Positions 40,142 through 51,640 are shown, counted from the stretch's first letter. The stretch is 64,000 nucleotides of DNA from a bacterium (GCA_963663405.2 CAXXSM010000118.1:96001-160000); one strand, 5' to 3'. Numbers and translations are program-made. The notes: generated by a model not told the origin, from the sequence alone.

Positions 40142-40459
40142 ATGATAACCAATCATTTTGAAGACCGAATACGCGTACAAGTGACAAAACGCCTCTCCAA
40201 GCGGGACATCCTGAGTATTGTCGAGGATTTTGCCCGGCAAGGCCTTACTTTCGCCGTCTCCCGGCTGAAATCCGACTATGAAGTATGGCGGGAAATTTTG
40301 CCCGGTGACCAACCCCGGATCAAAAATCGGAAAGACGGGATGTCCTTTGCCGGTGTCATCGCGGAAGATAAAAACGATTTGGAACAACGAAATTTTATCT
40401 GCATCTGGGATCACGGTAATTTGGTGCATGGAGATCCAACCGAATTTAAATTAAAATAG
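40142..40459 (+). CDS. Hypothetical protein
   Basis: 105-aa ORF with AAGGA upstream and a terminator downstream. Confidence 0.55.
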   Translation: MITNHFEDRIRVQVTKRLSKRDILSIVEDFARQGLTFAVSRLKSDYEVWREILPGDQPRIKNRKDGMSFAGVIAEDKNDLEQRNFICIWDHGNLVHGDPTEFKLK

Positions 40460-40491
40460 AAGAAGATCGGCGTCACACAACATATTCATAT

Positions 40492-40522
40492 AACGGCCTT
40501 CCCGCCAAGGGGGGCCGTTTTT
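40492..40522 (+). terminator. Rho-independent terminator
   Basis: AACGGCCTTCCC..GGGGGGCCGTT hairpin followed by a T run. Confidence 0.75.
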
Positions 40523-40668
40523 AATTGTTTAACAAGAACAATTGCATAGAAACATTATTCTGGTTAGTGAAATGACATTGAATATCAAACAAATCCGTAA
40601 ATAATACGTAGATCCTTATTCTCATTCACCGTTAGTAATTTAGATTTTTTCCAATCGATGTATGAACA

Positions 40669-41841
40669 ATGAAAATACTATTTGTGACCCCATGTGTTCC
40701 GACAAAAACCGATGGACGGCGGCCGTACAATTTTATCAAGTATCTCTCGAAGCAACACAAAATACATCTCGCGGCCCTAATTTTACCAAACCAACAACCC
40801 TCCGATATCCGGCGGATTCAAAATTTGGGAGTCCAAGTCACTTCGATTGAGGTCGCGCCTTCACGCTCCATGCTGAATTGTCTTTTCGGTTTACCCCTAG
40901 CGCGTCCGCTGCGGGTTTCCTGGTGCCAATATCAAGATATGCGCAACGCAATCGAAATGATCCTCGAAAAAGACCATTATGACATCATTCATGTCGACCG
41001 GATGCGTATGGGACAATATGCGCGGGGCTTGCAACCCAAAAAAGTGATCGATTTCACCGATTCCCTGCTCCTTTATTTGGAACGCTCCCGGCCTGTCCGC
41101 CGCCGCTGTGGGGAACGCTGTGTGGACTGGTGGGAATCTCGTGTCATTCCCGCTTACGAACGGAAATTATTGCGGTACGCGGACGCTTCAATCGTCTGTT
41201 CAGACGTGGACGCTCAGATTTTTCACCAAACCCACCCCGGCTCATCTTTTGAGGTTGTGGAAAACGGTGTCGACCTCACACAATTCACTCCCAAAACCCA
41301 CGATCCCAATCACTTTCCCCGCTGTATTATCACCGGCACACTCTTTTATTTCCCGAATATCGACAGTGTGCTGTATTATACGGAAAAATGTCTGCCTTGT
41401 ATCCGCAAAACCTATCCGGAAATGGAAACTCTCGTGCTGGGCACGCGCCCTTCCCGTGAAATTCAAAAACTCGATGGGAAGATGGGCGTACAGGTCTATC
41501 CTGATATCCCACGCATGGAAGATTGGCTCTATTCCGACGATATTTATCTCTGTCCACTGCGCGTAGGGGCGGGAGTGCGTAATAAACTCATGGAGGCGAT
41601 GGCGGTGGGGATGCCTATCGTAACTACTCCCCTTGGTCCAGAAGGAATGAACGTAAAACATGAAAAAGAAATGCTCTTCGCCGAAACACCTGAAGAATTC
41701 GAACAGCAGATTACACGGTTGATAGAATCCCCCGATTTACGCCGCTCACTCAGTGAAAACGCCCTAAATTACGTACGCGACCACCATGATTTAGAAATCG
41801 TTGGCGCAAAATTGGAACGCCTTTATGAAAGTCTGCTATAG
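40669..41841 (+). CDS. GT4-family glycosyltransferase
   Basis: MKILFVT; VENGVD; PLRVGAGVRNKLMEAMAVGMPIVTT. Confidence 0.9.
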   Translation: MKILFVTPCVPTKTDGRRPYNFIKYLSKQHKIHLAALILPNQQPSDIRRIQNLGVQVTSIEVAPSRSMLNCLFGLPLARPLRVSWCQYQDMRNAIEMILEKDHYDIIHVDRMRMGQYARGLQPKKVIDFTDSLLLYLERSRPVRRRCGERCVDWWESRVIPAYERKLLRYADASIVCSDVDAQIFHQTHPGSSFEVVENGVDLTQFTPKTHDPNHFPRCIITGTLFYFPNIDSVLYYTEKCLPCIRKTYPEMETLVLGTRPSREIQKLDGKMGVQVYPDIPRMEDWLYSDDIYLCPLRVGAGVRNKLMEAMAVGMPIVTTPLGPEGMNVKHEKEMLFAETPEEFEQQITRLIESPDLRRSLSENALNYVRDHHDLEIVGAKLERLYESLL

Positions 41842-41851
41842 TATCTTCCAG

Positions 41852-42238
41852 TTACTCTTGAATCAACGCGATCGCGTCCATCTCCACAGCGACATCTTTC
41901 GGCAACCGGGAAACTTCGACCGTCGCCCGCGCAGGTTTGCTTTCAGAGAAATATTCAGAATAAATCGCGTTAAGTTCTTCGAATTTTGTTAAATCCGCCA
42001 GATAGATTGTCACTTTGACAGTATCTTCCAGGCTGGAGCCTCCCGCTTCGATCACGCTTTTCAAATTCTCCAATGACTGACGCGCCTGCGCTTCAAACGA
42101 TCCCGCAACCAGGTTTCCCGTAGTGGGATTTAGAGGAATTTGTCCCGATACAAATAAAAAACCATTTGCGGCGACAGCGGGTGAATAGGGGCCTACAGGA
42201 GGAGGCCCGTCACTAGGGGTGATTAATTTTTTAGGCAT
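41852..42238 (-). CDS. ridA: RidA/YjgF enamine deaminase
   Basis: GPYSPAV; FVSGQIP; VKVTIYL; PARATVEV..LP..VEMDAIA. Confidence 0.9.
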   Translation of the reverse strand: MPKKLITPSDGPPPVGPYSPAVAANGFLFVSGQIPLNPTTGNLVAGSFEAQARQSLENLKSVIEAGGSSLEDTVKVTIYLADLTKFEELNAIYSEYFSESKPARATVEVSRLPKDVAVEMDAIALIQE

Positions 42239-42254
42239 CGAATCTCTCCTTTCT

Positions 42255-43211
42255 TTATTGACCAAATCGGACTTTATGCATGGCTTCTTCTTTCCCTGTC
42301 GATTGACAGAGAGGATCGTACAGATCGGGCCGCCGCGCTTTCAACCATCGTCTTCCAGTACAGTTATCCAATAGGGAGGGATCCAGATCGGCGGTGATTA
42401 CATCATCTCCCGCCTTCCATGTTTCCTTGAGAACGCGTCCGTAGGGATCAAGAATCATGGCGTTTCCTGTGCGTATTTCATCGTCGTCCACACCGACGCC
42501 GTTGCTGAAAACGAGAAACATCCCATTATCATGCGCTCTCGATGGCAGCCAGCGCATTAACCATCCCCGCCCCTTTGTACCACGGAATTCCTCTTCAATC
42601 GCAGCTGGATTCTGATGGCGGTTTTCCCAAAGCGCTGGATCAACAGCGCCCATCGCATGAGGGCTTCTCGAACGGCACCCACCGGTTTGATGAGGGGCGA
42701 GCAACAGATCCGTTCCCCGCAGCGCCAGCATCCGGGCGTTTTCAATAATATTATTATCGTAACAAATCAGCACGCCACAACGCCATCCAAGCGGAGTATC
42801 GAATACGGTTAATTCATTTCCACAGGCGAGTTCTGGATTGATAAACATATGGATTTTACGGTGGCAGTGAACGGTTCCATCGGGAAGAGCCACGAGGTAT
42901 GAATTATATAAGGTGTCATTTTCATCGATCTCGATGAATCCCGCGCCAACGATCATATTGTGACTCGCCGCCATTTCTTGGATCGCTTGACACATGGATC
43001 CATTGGACGCAGGTTCCGCCAACTGCATGAGTTCCGCGCGGGATAACTTGCGCAGGAACCAATACCCCGTGACACAGCATTCTGGAAACACAATCAGATC
43101 AGCCTGTTCCTCCGCTGCTTGTTTCACGAAAGATCGCATAATCTCCAAATTGGCTTCCTTATCCCCCGCAATAGATTCAAATTGAACGGATGCTACTCGG
43201 ATTGTACGCAT
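42255..43211 (-). CDS. Carbon-nitrogen hydrolase (nitrilase family)
   Basis: FPE, HRKIH and LICYD catalytic triad; RRPDLY. Confidence 0.9.
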   Translation of the reverse strand: MRTIRVASVQFESIAGDKEANLEIMRSFVKQAAEEQADLIVFPECCVTGYWFLRKLSRAELMQLAEPASNGSMCQAIQEMAASHNMIVGAGFIEIDENDTLYNSYLVALPDGTVHCHRKIHMFINPELACGNELTVFDTPLGWRCGVLICYDNNIIENARMLALRGTDLLLAPHQTGGCRSRSPHAMGAVDPALWENRHQNPAAIEEEFRGTKGRGWLMRWLPSRAHDNGMFLVFSNGVGVDDDEIRTGNAMILDPYGRVLKETWKAGDDVITADLDPSLLDNCTGRRWLKARRPDLYDPLCQSTGKEEAMHKVRFGQ

Positions 43212-43306
43212 TGGTTTTTCCTTTAGGATAAAAATTTGACTCATCCGGTAATTGAGTACAATAATAATTTTGGCAAATTGCGATCTTTGTTCAGGATGGC
43301 TTAATC

Positions 43307-43483
43307 GTCTGAACCATGATTCTAAGGATTATAGGATTACCATGATTTAAAAATCAAGAAAATCAAGCGAATCAAGTAAATCAAGGTTCAGACAATAAGG
43401 ATCCTGACATAGCAGCGCTGGTCTTCAAAATTTCCCGTAAAAAGTGAATGGATTGTTGAGAAACGTACTCACTTGCCGGAAGA
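43307..43483. repeat. Third REP/MITE-like copy plus ~90-bp flank; inverted homolog of 380-581
   Basis: GTCTGAACCATGATT...AATCAAGGTTCAGAC (43307-43393) continuing to ...GAGAAACGTACTCACTTGCCGGAAGA, the reverse complement of 380-468. Confidence 0.85.
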
Positions 43484-43502
43484 GCCAAAAATTTAGTAAT
43501 TG

Positions 43503-43673
43503 GTCAGCCATCTAAAATATGAAATTCCTTCCCCAAGCCTGGGGGAGGTAAGAGAGTTGATCCAACGATGCTCAATCCCCCCTCCGGCGCAAGCGCCGGT
43601 ACTTGGGGGGAGAATTCGCTCAATGATATCTTGTCTATTGATTATTGTTTCCATAGCGCTTCATGTGGCTGAC
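43503..43673. repeat. Second REP-like element with two GC hairpins
   Basis: CTTCCCCAAGCCTGGGGGAG and CCCCCC-CCGGCGCAAGCGCCGG-GGGGGG, bracketed by GTCAGCCA/TGGCTGAC. Confidence 0.55.
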
Positions 43674-43825
43674 ATGATACAAAATATAAAATACTATGAT
43701 CTTCCCAACTCAAATTTCAAGCAAGACTCATAAAAAAACTGTATCAATTATGAATCCTTCCTTTTTTTAATTTTCTCCTCCTCAATTTACTACCGGGAAG
43801 GCGTTACAATGAATAGATTATTGAT

Positions 43826-45082
43826 TTGGCGAATGGTAAAAGCTACATGATCGAGACATCGAATGTTGGAAAATGCTACCGGCGATATCGCAATCCCTTC
43901 CACCGGATTTATGAACTTTGTGGATGGGGAAGCGAATGGCATGAAAAATTCTGGGCGTTAAAAAATGTATATCTGGATATAAACCGTGGATCCAGTTTTG
44001 GAATCATCGGTCCCAATGGCGCGGGAAAATCAACTTTATTAAAATTGCTTTCCGGCATCACTCAACCAACAGAAGGAAGTCTGAAGGTGGATGGATCGGT
44101 CGCATCGATTCTAGAACTGGGCACGGGATTCCATCCAGAATTTTCCGGACGCAGCAACGTCTATTTGAACTGCGCTTTACAAGGATATACCCGTGAAGAA
44201 ACGGACAATCTTCTTCCCCGGATCATTGAATTCTCTGAATTAGAAGATTTCATCGATCAACCAGTACGCACCTATTCCACCGGGATGTACCTTCGCTTGG
44301 CTTTCGCCGTCGCGACAACGGTTGATCCTGATGTATTGATTGTAGACGAAGCGCTGGCAGTCGGCGACGAGCGGTTCCGAAATAAATGCCTCGATAAGAT
44401 GAACGAATTCAAAGCCGCTGGAAAGACAATCCTATTCGTTTCTCACGACCTGGCGACGGTTCGTCATTTTTGCTCCCATGTCGCATTGCTTGACAAGGGA
44501 CAGATTCTCGCGCGCGGCGCGCCGGATGAAGTGCTGGATCAATATCTGGAAATGACGCATCGGGATAAAATACAGAAATCCGGCGCTGAGAGTTCTGGAT
44601 CAAACGCGCCTCGATGGGGATCGGCGGAAATCCAAATCGAACGGGTATTCATGAAAGACGCTCAAGGCCGCCAGACGGCCTTATTCGACACTCATTCCCC
44701 CGTCACGATTGAAGCGGAATTTCAAGTCAAAGCGCCGGTTCGCGGAGTGGTCTTTGGGTACCAGTTCTTCCGTTCCGACGGCGCTTACGTTCATGGTTCC
44801 AACCATTTTTGGCACAAAGAACCGGTCGCGTATGACTTTTTGAAATCCGGCGAGCGAGGGATCACGCGTTGTATCATCCCCGATCTGCCATTACTTCCTG
44901 GACAATATTATTTAACCCACTGCTGTTATAACAATTTTGACGGATTCCCAAAAGCCGTCGATCATTGGGAACGGGTCATCAATTTCACCATCAGTCAACG
45001 ATCGACCGATCAACACGGAATCTTCGCGATGGACACCGATTGGACGCTCGAACGAATCGAAATGGATGATAGAAATGAATGA
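43826..45082 (+). CDS. wzt: Polysaccharide ABC exporter ATPase with Wzt_C domain
   Basis: GPNGAGKST; LELGTGFHPE; YSTGMYLRLAFA; DEALAVGD; LLPGQY C-terminal domain. Confidence 0.9.
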   Translation: MANGKSYMIETSNVGKCYRRYRNPFHRIYELCGWGSEWHEKFWALKNVYLDINRGSSFGIIGPNGAGKSTLLKLLSGITQPTEGSLKVDGSVASILELGTGFHPEFSGRSNVYLNCALQGYTREETDNLLPRIIEFSELEDFIDQPVRTYSTGMYLRLAFAVATTVDPDVLIVDEALAVGDERFRNKCLDKMNEFKAAGKTILFVSHDLATVRHFCSHVALLDKGQILARGAPDEVLDQYLEMTHRDKIQKSGAESSGSNAPRWGSAEIQIERVFMKDAQGRQTALFDTHSPVTIEAEFQVKAPVRGVVFGYQFFRSDGAYVHGSNHFWHKEPVAYDFLKSGERGITRCIIPDLPLLPGQYYLTHCCYNNFDGFPKAVDHWERVINFTISQRSTDQHGIFAMDTDWTLERIEMDDRNE

Positions 45083-48000
45083 AAACACAAACACATTATC
45101 CAGTCATCCGCTGGACCGGCTGTATGACCGGGGATACTTTCATGGAGAAGGAAGCGGTTATAATTCAGAAGGCTATCAAAATGAACATGCGGACTGGTCC
45201 GCGTTATTGAATTTGATGCGCGAAGAAAGCGCCGGTTCAATCCGCTGGCTGGATATTGGCTGCGCGTTCGGATACCTTATCGAACAGGCCGAACAGCGTG
45301 ATATTGAAGCATATGGCGTCGATATCAGTTCATACGCCCTGCGCCAATCCTCCAAGGCGCAAGGGAAATTGAGTATGACAAACGCGGAGGCGCTGCCATT
45401 TCCAGACGATTCATTCGACGTTGTCTCTTGTTTCGATCTTGTTGAACATCTCTCCAATCCAGCGCTGGTGATCGAGGAAGCCCAGCGTGTTTTAAAACCC
45501 TACGGAATTCTTTTGATTTCCACTCCTGATCCGATTCATTTCAACCGGGAGGAACCGACACATGTTCATGAACGCCCCCCATCCTACTGGGTGCATCTAT
45601 TGGAACGGATGGGATTCGACGCCGCTCTCCGGTTTGGCGGCCGCCCCTACGAGATAGAACTACTCGCGGCTAATGAAGGGAACGAACGCTGGGAATCCCT
45701 ATCCCGGAAATTCCGGCGTCTACCAACGCCTGACGCTGAATGGATCGTTTCTGATAATGAACGCCTTTTCTTTGCGCCTCGAAATCCGCATTTCGATCGG
45801 AAAATTGAAAAACGATTCGCTTCTCTATTTCCTGAATCCTTCCAATACGCCACTGCGCCTTACGATCTCCATGCGAATATCAGATGAAAGTCACCCCAAC
45901 CTTTATCTAGAAGATCGAAAGATCCAATATCAAGGAAAAACACAAGAAGACGGCGTTTTCGTACATCAATGGTGTGAATTCACACTTCTACCAGGAGGCC
46001 GGGATCTATCTATCCGCCTTGAAAGCGATCCACTCATCATTGACCGTATTGAATTATCAGCGCGTCCATCTGACCGGGAAACCTGTTTGATGGATTTCGC
46101 ATTCGATCATTACCAACGTTACCAACTTGTTTCAGAAATCATTGACGCAATCTCCTGTAAACGGTTGTCCGTGCTGGATGTAGGGGGGGCGCGCGGGATG
46201 CTTTCTCTCTTTGCGCCGCAACATGAAGTCACTCAACTGGACTTGGTTTGGGAAGACACTCCCGGCGCGGTGAAATACGATGGCGGCGCGTTTCCATATA
46301 AGGACCGTTCGTTTGATATTGTTGTCGCGGCCGATACATTGGAACACGTTCCAAAAGAGCGGCGGGAAGCGCTGTTGGATGAACTGATCCGTGTATCGGA
46401 TCAGGCGGTGGTTTTATGTGGACCATACGATGAGCCCAATGTTTGTGACGCGGAAAACGTGATCCGTACATTTATCGGCGCGCAGTTGGGTAGAACCGAT
46501 CGGTTTTTAGAAGAACATGCGCTGTATGGACTTCCCGACCGTCAAACCGTTCGAAGATATCTAGCGAGAACCGGTATGACCGTAACGGAAATCCCAAACG
46601 GTTATTTATCCCGCTGGCTATCAATGCAGCTGGCCTCATACGCGCTGGGTGTCGCGCCGGAACTCGAAGAAGGCAAAGCCCGGTTCAACGCCATCTATAA
46701 TTCGAACTATTACCGCAGCGACAACCGATTTCCTTCTTACCGCATCGCCGCAGTCGCAACCCGCACGAAGCCTTCCTCCGAATTGGAACGCGCGCTGCAC
46801 AATTTAATCGGCGCCGATGGGAAACATGAAGATTTCGTCATGTGGAACGTCGCCTCACTAATCGTTGGGATTTCCAATTATGGATTAATTCGTGAGAAAG
46901 AGACCACGGCGGGAAAACAGATCGAGCGAATCGGCGCGCTTTTAGATCATTCGAGACATCTAGAGCATGATTTAAGAGAATTGCTGAGCCATATTACAAA
47001 CCTCGAAAGCGAGATTAAAGAAGAAGGCGCGCTGCGTAAAAAACTGGTCGAACACACCGATAATATTGACGAAATCCTGGGAAAACAAAAGAATCATTTT
47101 GAATCGGTCGAAGGTCATATTAAGAATTTAGACACTCTCTTATTTGAACAGCAAAAGCACACCTCCAATTCGCACACCCTTAATGAAGAGTTGCAAAAAC
47201 AATTCAGAGGTCTTCAAGATCATATTAAAAACCTGGACAAGCAGATCGCCGAACGTGACGAAACCTATGCGCAATCGCACAAACACATCCAGAATCTAGA
47301 TCAACACAATCAAAACCGAGACCAATTTCTTGCCAGTCTTCAAGATCACCTCCAGAATCTTGACACCCGTGATAATGAACTGCAGGAACGATTGGCGCAA
47401 ATCCAACAGCATGCGGACAACCTTTCCACGATTATCCAAGAAAAAGACTCTGCGCTCGAAAATACGCTGCAACACGCGTCCAACCTGGAAGCGATTATCA
47501 GCGAACTTAAAACCCATATCCAACAACTTGACACTCACAATAAAAACCTAGAAACCAATAGACAAGAACAAGCCAAAATGCAGGCGGATCTTCTCTCCTC
47601 GTCACAAACACATGGCAAAAATCTGGAAACGCTGCTTTCCCACTCGCAGGCCCACGCAAATAATCTTGAAGATCAGCTGCGGAATCAGAATGAAAATTGG
47701 AGAGTTCAACTCGCCGCTTCACAAGATCACGCAAATAACTTAGAACACTTGTTGAGCGATCTAAACGAAAGACTCGCTGGTCAGCAGGCGCACGCGAAAA
47801 ACTTGGAAACAATGCTCCAGGAAAAAGAACAGCAATACCAGAAAGTACATGAATCCCTAACAGAAACACAAAGTAAACTGGATACAGTCAATACTGAGAA
47901 TCAATTCTTAAGAGAGACACTAAAACAAATGACGCCCAAAATGAATCAATTGGCGGGAGAGATGGAACAGATTACAGCGGGCGCTAATAAGTTCGATCTT

Positions 48001-48186
48001 CGGTCCGCGGAAACGTTCTCTCCCGAAATCGCCGATCTATTGGAGGCATTAAATCAAGGGATTCATCGTTTGAATACAAAACGGAAACAGTGGGATCAAG
48101 CCTGCGCCTCGATGGAATCTTCGTTTGGCTATAAACTCTTCGCTCATCTCGGATGGATCCCGCGTTTGGAGGAACCGGCGGACTGA
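45075..48186 (+). CDS. Double SAM-methyltransferase plus long coiled-coil protein (one frameshift near 45810)
   Basis: LDIGCAFG..LPFPDDSFD..VEH and VLDVGG..FPYKDRSFD..LEH domains in overlapping frames; heptad HxxNL(D/E) region. Confidence 0.75.
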
Positions 48187-49985
48187 TGAAAATCTTACAA
48201 GTGATTCACGACTTTTTGCCCAATCATCAGGCTGGTTCTGAACTCTATTGCTATCATTTGAGCAAATCGCTTCAGTCTCTTGGTCATGACGCGCGGCTTC
48301 TATTCACGGAAATCGATCATAACCGGCGGCAATACGAGACGCGCGAAGGAACCTATGACGGATTACCGTTTTATGAAATCGTCAACAATCATTCCTATTC
48401 CAGTGTCGCTGAAACCTACAACAATCCAGCCATCGAAGAAATATTCACACAATCTATTCAAGAATTTCAACCCGATGTAGCGCATTTCCATCACCTTCTC
48501 GGACTCTCCTATGGCTGTGTTCGAATTTGCAAGGAAAACGGGATCCCCGTTTTTTTTACCCTGCATGATTATTGGTTGACGTGTCTCCGGGGGGGTGGAC
48601 AGCGTTTCCGCGCTGATTGTGATGTCTGTCACGATGTGGATACAAGCCTCTGCGCCGAGTGTGTCTCCCAATTCTCGTTTTCCGGACGCTTAGGCAATCG
48701 TTTTGTAAAGAAAGTACTGAATTCGTTTGAACGAAACGTGGATTTTTCTCTCATCCCCGCTATGCGGCAAGGCCGGATTAAAACAGATCATCGCGATTTC
48801 GTCTCCTTTGGACGCTGTGAGATCGATGGCGATTCCCGCGATGTAGTTTTCGCGCATCCGTTTTCACGTATTACATTCCACCGGAACGTCCCGGAAGACG
48901 CCTCCCTGACATTTGCTATCGCAATGGCGCCTTCCACCTACGATAAAAGCGGAGATGGCGTGTCGTTCCAAATCACCTGTAATGGAGAATCTATTTACGA
49001 ATGTTTTTTGAACGCCAAAGAAAATCCAGAGGATCGCGGTTGGCGTCAGGTCACACTCCCGCTTAAAGCTTTCGCAGGCAAAAAACGAGAATTTGTCTTT
49101 GAAACGAATGCTCAACCTACTGGCCGGCCTGATTACTGCGCAGCCTGCTGGGCGGAACCAAAAATCCTGCCTACCAGCGGACAGCGTTATCAGCCCAGTT
49201 TACTCGACCGATTCCGGCGTGGGACCGAACTTATTCTGTCAAGATTACAGAAACGATCATTAAAGCGGGAAGCTGATCTTCGCAAGGAGGCTACACGGCG
49301 CTTATTCGAACAGGTCGATCTCTTTATCGCGCCCTCGCCCTTTCTACGATCCAAGTTCATCGAATTCGGCGTCAATCCCAAGACAATCGCCTTTTCTGAT
49401 TATGGGATCGCTCCAATCCAGATCCCCAGTGATCCACGCCCACCCCGGCGCCCTATACGATTTACTTTCGTCGGCACATTGGTGAAGCACAAAGGGCTTC
49501 ATGTTCTCATTGAAGCGTTCAACGGCCTGCCACATGACGCGGCGATTTTAAATGTATACGGATCTTTAGATGAATTCGAAGGTTACGTCGCGCGTGTCAA
49601 AGCCGCGATCGCCCATCCAGGAATCGCGCTTCGAGGACGCGTTGAAAATCAGGATATCCCCACCATCCTCGCGGAGACTGACGCTCTGATCGTGCCTTCA
49701 ATCTGGTTCGAAAATTCACCGATTACGATTCATGAAGCGTTTTTGGCCCGTGTCCCCGTCATTACCGCGCGATTCGGAGGGATGGCCGATTTAGTAAAAG
49801 ATGAGGTGAATGGATTATTATTCGAAGTTGGGAATCCAGATGATTTATGGCGTGTTTTAACACGATGCGTCAATAAGCCTGAATTGCTCGAAACGCTTCG
49901 CCCCGATCCTAAATCCGTCAAATCGCTGGAGGCGGACGCCGAATGGATGCAAGATCAATACAGCCAATTCATTAAAAAAATATAA
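48186..49985 (+). CDS. GT4 glycosyltransferase with inserted beta-sandwich domain
   Basis: MKILQVIH..P...GSE; TLHDYW; KGLHVL; PSIWFENSP..I.EA; TGATG translational coupling to the upstream gene. Confidence 0.88.
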   Translation: MKILQVIHDFLPNHQAGSELYCYHLSKSLQSLGHDARLLFTEIDHNRRQYETREGTYDGLPFYEIVNNHSYSSVAETYNNPAIEEIFTQSIQEFQPDVAHFHHLLGLSYGCVRICKENGIPVFFTLHDYWLTCLRGGGQRFRADCDVCHDVDTSLCAECVSQFSFSGRLGNRFVKKVLNSFERNVDFSLIPAMRQGRIKTDHRDFVSFGRCEIDGDSRDVVFAHPFSRITFHRNVPEDASLTFAIAMAPSTYDKSGDGVSFQITCNGESIYECFLNAKENPEDRGWRQVTLPLKAFAGKKREFVFETNAQPTGRPDYCAACWAEPKILPTSGQRYQPSLLDRFRRGTELILSRLQKRSLKREADLRKEATRRLFEQVDLFIAPSPFLRSKFIEFGVNPKTIAFSDYGIAPIQIPSDPRPPRRPIRFTFVGTLVKHKGLHVLIEAFNGLPHDAAILNVYGSLDEFEGYVARVKAAIAHPGIALRGRVENQDIPTILAETDALIVPSIWFENSPITIHEAFLARVPVITARFGGMADLVKDEVNGLLFEVGNPDDLWRVLTRCVNKPELLETLRPDPKSVKSLEADAEWMQDQYSQFIKKI

Positions 49986-50236
49986 AACCGAATCGGATTG
50001 TACGATCTGGGAGTTTGATTCTATTACACAGGGGATACAATACTTAATAGAGATTTCCACGAGCAAACTTACGATAATTCAACTCTTTTCGAATAGAATA
50101 CGCTGTTGATTTCATCCGGAAGGCCCCTGGCGGCCTTTCTTGTTGTGATGAGTGGATCTGCGTGGGCTGTGATTATAAAGTACATCCTTATCAATATACT
50201 ATATACTATGCGCCATTCTATGAAAGGAAATCACCG

Positions 50237-51640
50237 ATGAAAGTCCTTGTTCTGAATTGTGGGAGTTCGTCCGTTAAGTTTCAATTGATCGAGACCGATA
50301 CGGAAACGGCTCTGTTACGTGGATTGGTCGAGAAGATCGGTTCTTCGTCCGGCGTGCTGTCGTTCCGGGCGGAAGGGGATCGTGATTTTCGTGAAGTTCG
50401 TGAGGTTGTCGATCATGAGGAGGCCGTCAGTCTTGTTCTCTCCATCCTCTCCCACCCGGATCAAGGAGTGGTCTCCTCCCTGGAAGAGATCAGCGCCGTC
50501 GGTCACCGTGTCGTCCATGGGGGGCAGTCTTTTTCAGAATCCGTCATCATTACCGATGAAGTGATTAAAGAGATCGAATACTGCTGCCAATTCGCGCCGC
50601 TTCACAATCCGCACAACCTTAGAGGAATCGAAGCGGTTAAAAAACCGTTGCCTTCGATTTTCCAAGTCGCGGTATTTGATACAGCGTTCCATCAACATAT
50701 GCCTGCAAAAGCCTTCTTATACGGCCTGCCCTATGGTTTATACGAAAAACGAGGCATCCGGAAATACGGTTTCCATGGAACCTCGCACCGGTTCGTCGCG
50801 CAACGAGCGGCGGAAATCCTCGGCAAACCACTTAACGAGATTCGGATCGTCACATGCCATCTGGGCAATGGTTCCAGCATCGCGGCGGTGAAGGATGGAT
50901 CATCGGTCGACACGTCAATGGGATTCACGCCACTGGAAGGCTTGATCATGGGAACGCGATGCGGTGATATCGATCCCGCCATTGTGCCGTATCTGATGGA
51001 AGTGGAAAAACTGTCCAGCAAGAAAATCGATTCCCTGATGAATAAATCCAGCGGTCTAATAGGCTTGACGGAAACCTCGAACGACATGCGTGAGATCGAA
51101 CAGGAAGCGTCCGCCGGCAGTGAACGCCATCAACTGGCCCTCGAAATGGTCGCTTATCGCATCCGCAAGTATCTTGGCGCCTACGCCTTTGTTCTCGGCG
51201 GTCTCGACGCGGTGGTCTTTACGGGTGGCATTGGAGAGAACTCCCGCGCCGTGAGAAAACTGGTTCTCAAAGGGCTGGATTTCGCGGGATTAAAATTGGA
51301 TGAGGAAAAGAATGAGCAAAACGCTGAGAACATCAGCTCCGGCCCCGTCAAAGCCCTAATCATTCCAACAAATGAAGAACTTGCGATCGCGCGGGACACA
51401 GCGGCGTTATACGAATCCATGAGCAAGCAATCCGAATCCGCCGCCAGCGAAACCCCGGCTTTAACAGCGGATGAAAAACGCGAATTGGTGCTCCTCTGGG
51501 CCAACAATCCTAACATGAATCAATTTGAGCTCGTGACATTGTTCAATCAAAAATCCGGGAAGAGCTATTCCGTAGATACATTAAGCGCGGAATTGAAATC
51601 GTTAGGTTTGGACTCCTCTTCTGCGAAAATCAGAGCGTAA
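50237..51640 (+). CDS. ackA: Acetate kinase with ~70-aa C-terminal extension
   Basis: VLNCGSSSVKFQ; GHRVVHGG; APLHNP; YGFHGTSH; HLGNGSS; TSMGFTPLEG; IPTNEEL. Confidence 0.95.
   Translation: MKVLVLNCGSSSVKFQLIETDTETALLRGLVEKIGSSSGVLSFRAEGDRDFREVREVVDHEEAVSLVLSILSHPDQGVVSSLEEISAVGHRVVHGGQSFSESVIITDEVIKEIEYCCQFAPLHNPHNLRGIEAVKKPLPSIFQVAVFDTAFHQHMPAKAFLYGLPYGLYEKRGIRKYGFHGTSHRFVAQRAAEILGKPLNEIRIVTCHLGNGSSIAAVKDGSSVDTSMGFTPLEGLIMGTRCGDIDPAIVPYLMEVEKLSSKKIDSLMNKSSGLIGLTETSNDMREIEQEASAGSERHQLALEMVAYRIRKYLGAYAFVLGGLDAVVFTGGIGENSRAVRKLVLKGLDFAGLKLDEEKNEQNAENISSGPVKALIIPTNEELAIARDTAALYESMSKQSESAASETPALTADEKRELVLLWANNPNMNQFELVTLFNQKSGKSYSVDTLSAELKSLGLDSSSAKIRA

Noticed and set aside
45800-45815. Programmed frameshift in the methyltransferase gene
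   Set aside because: It needs a +1 shift at a short A5 run with no stimulator seen; a single-base assembly error is simpler
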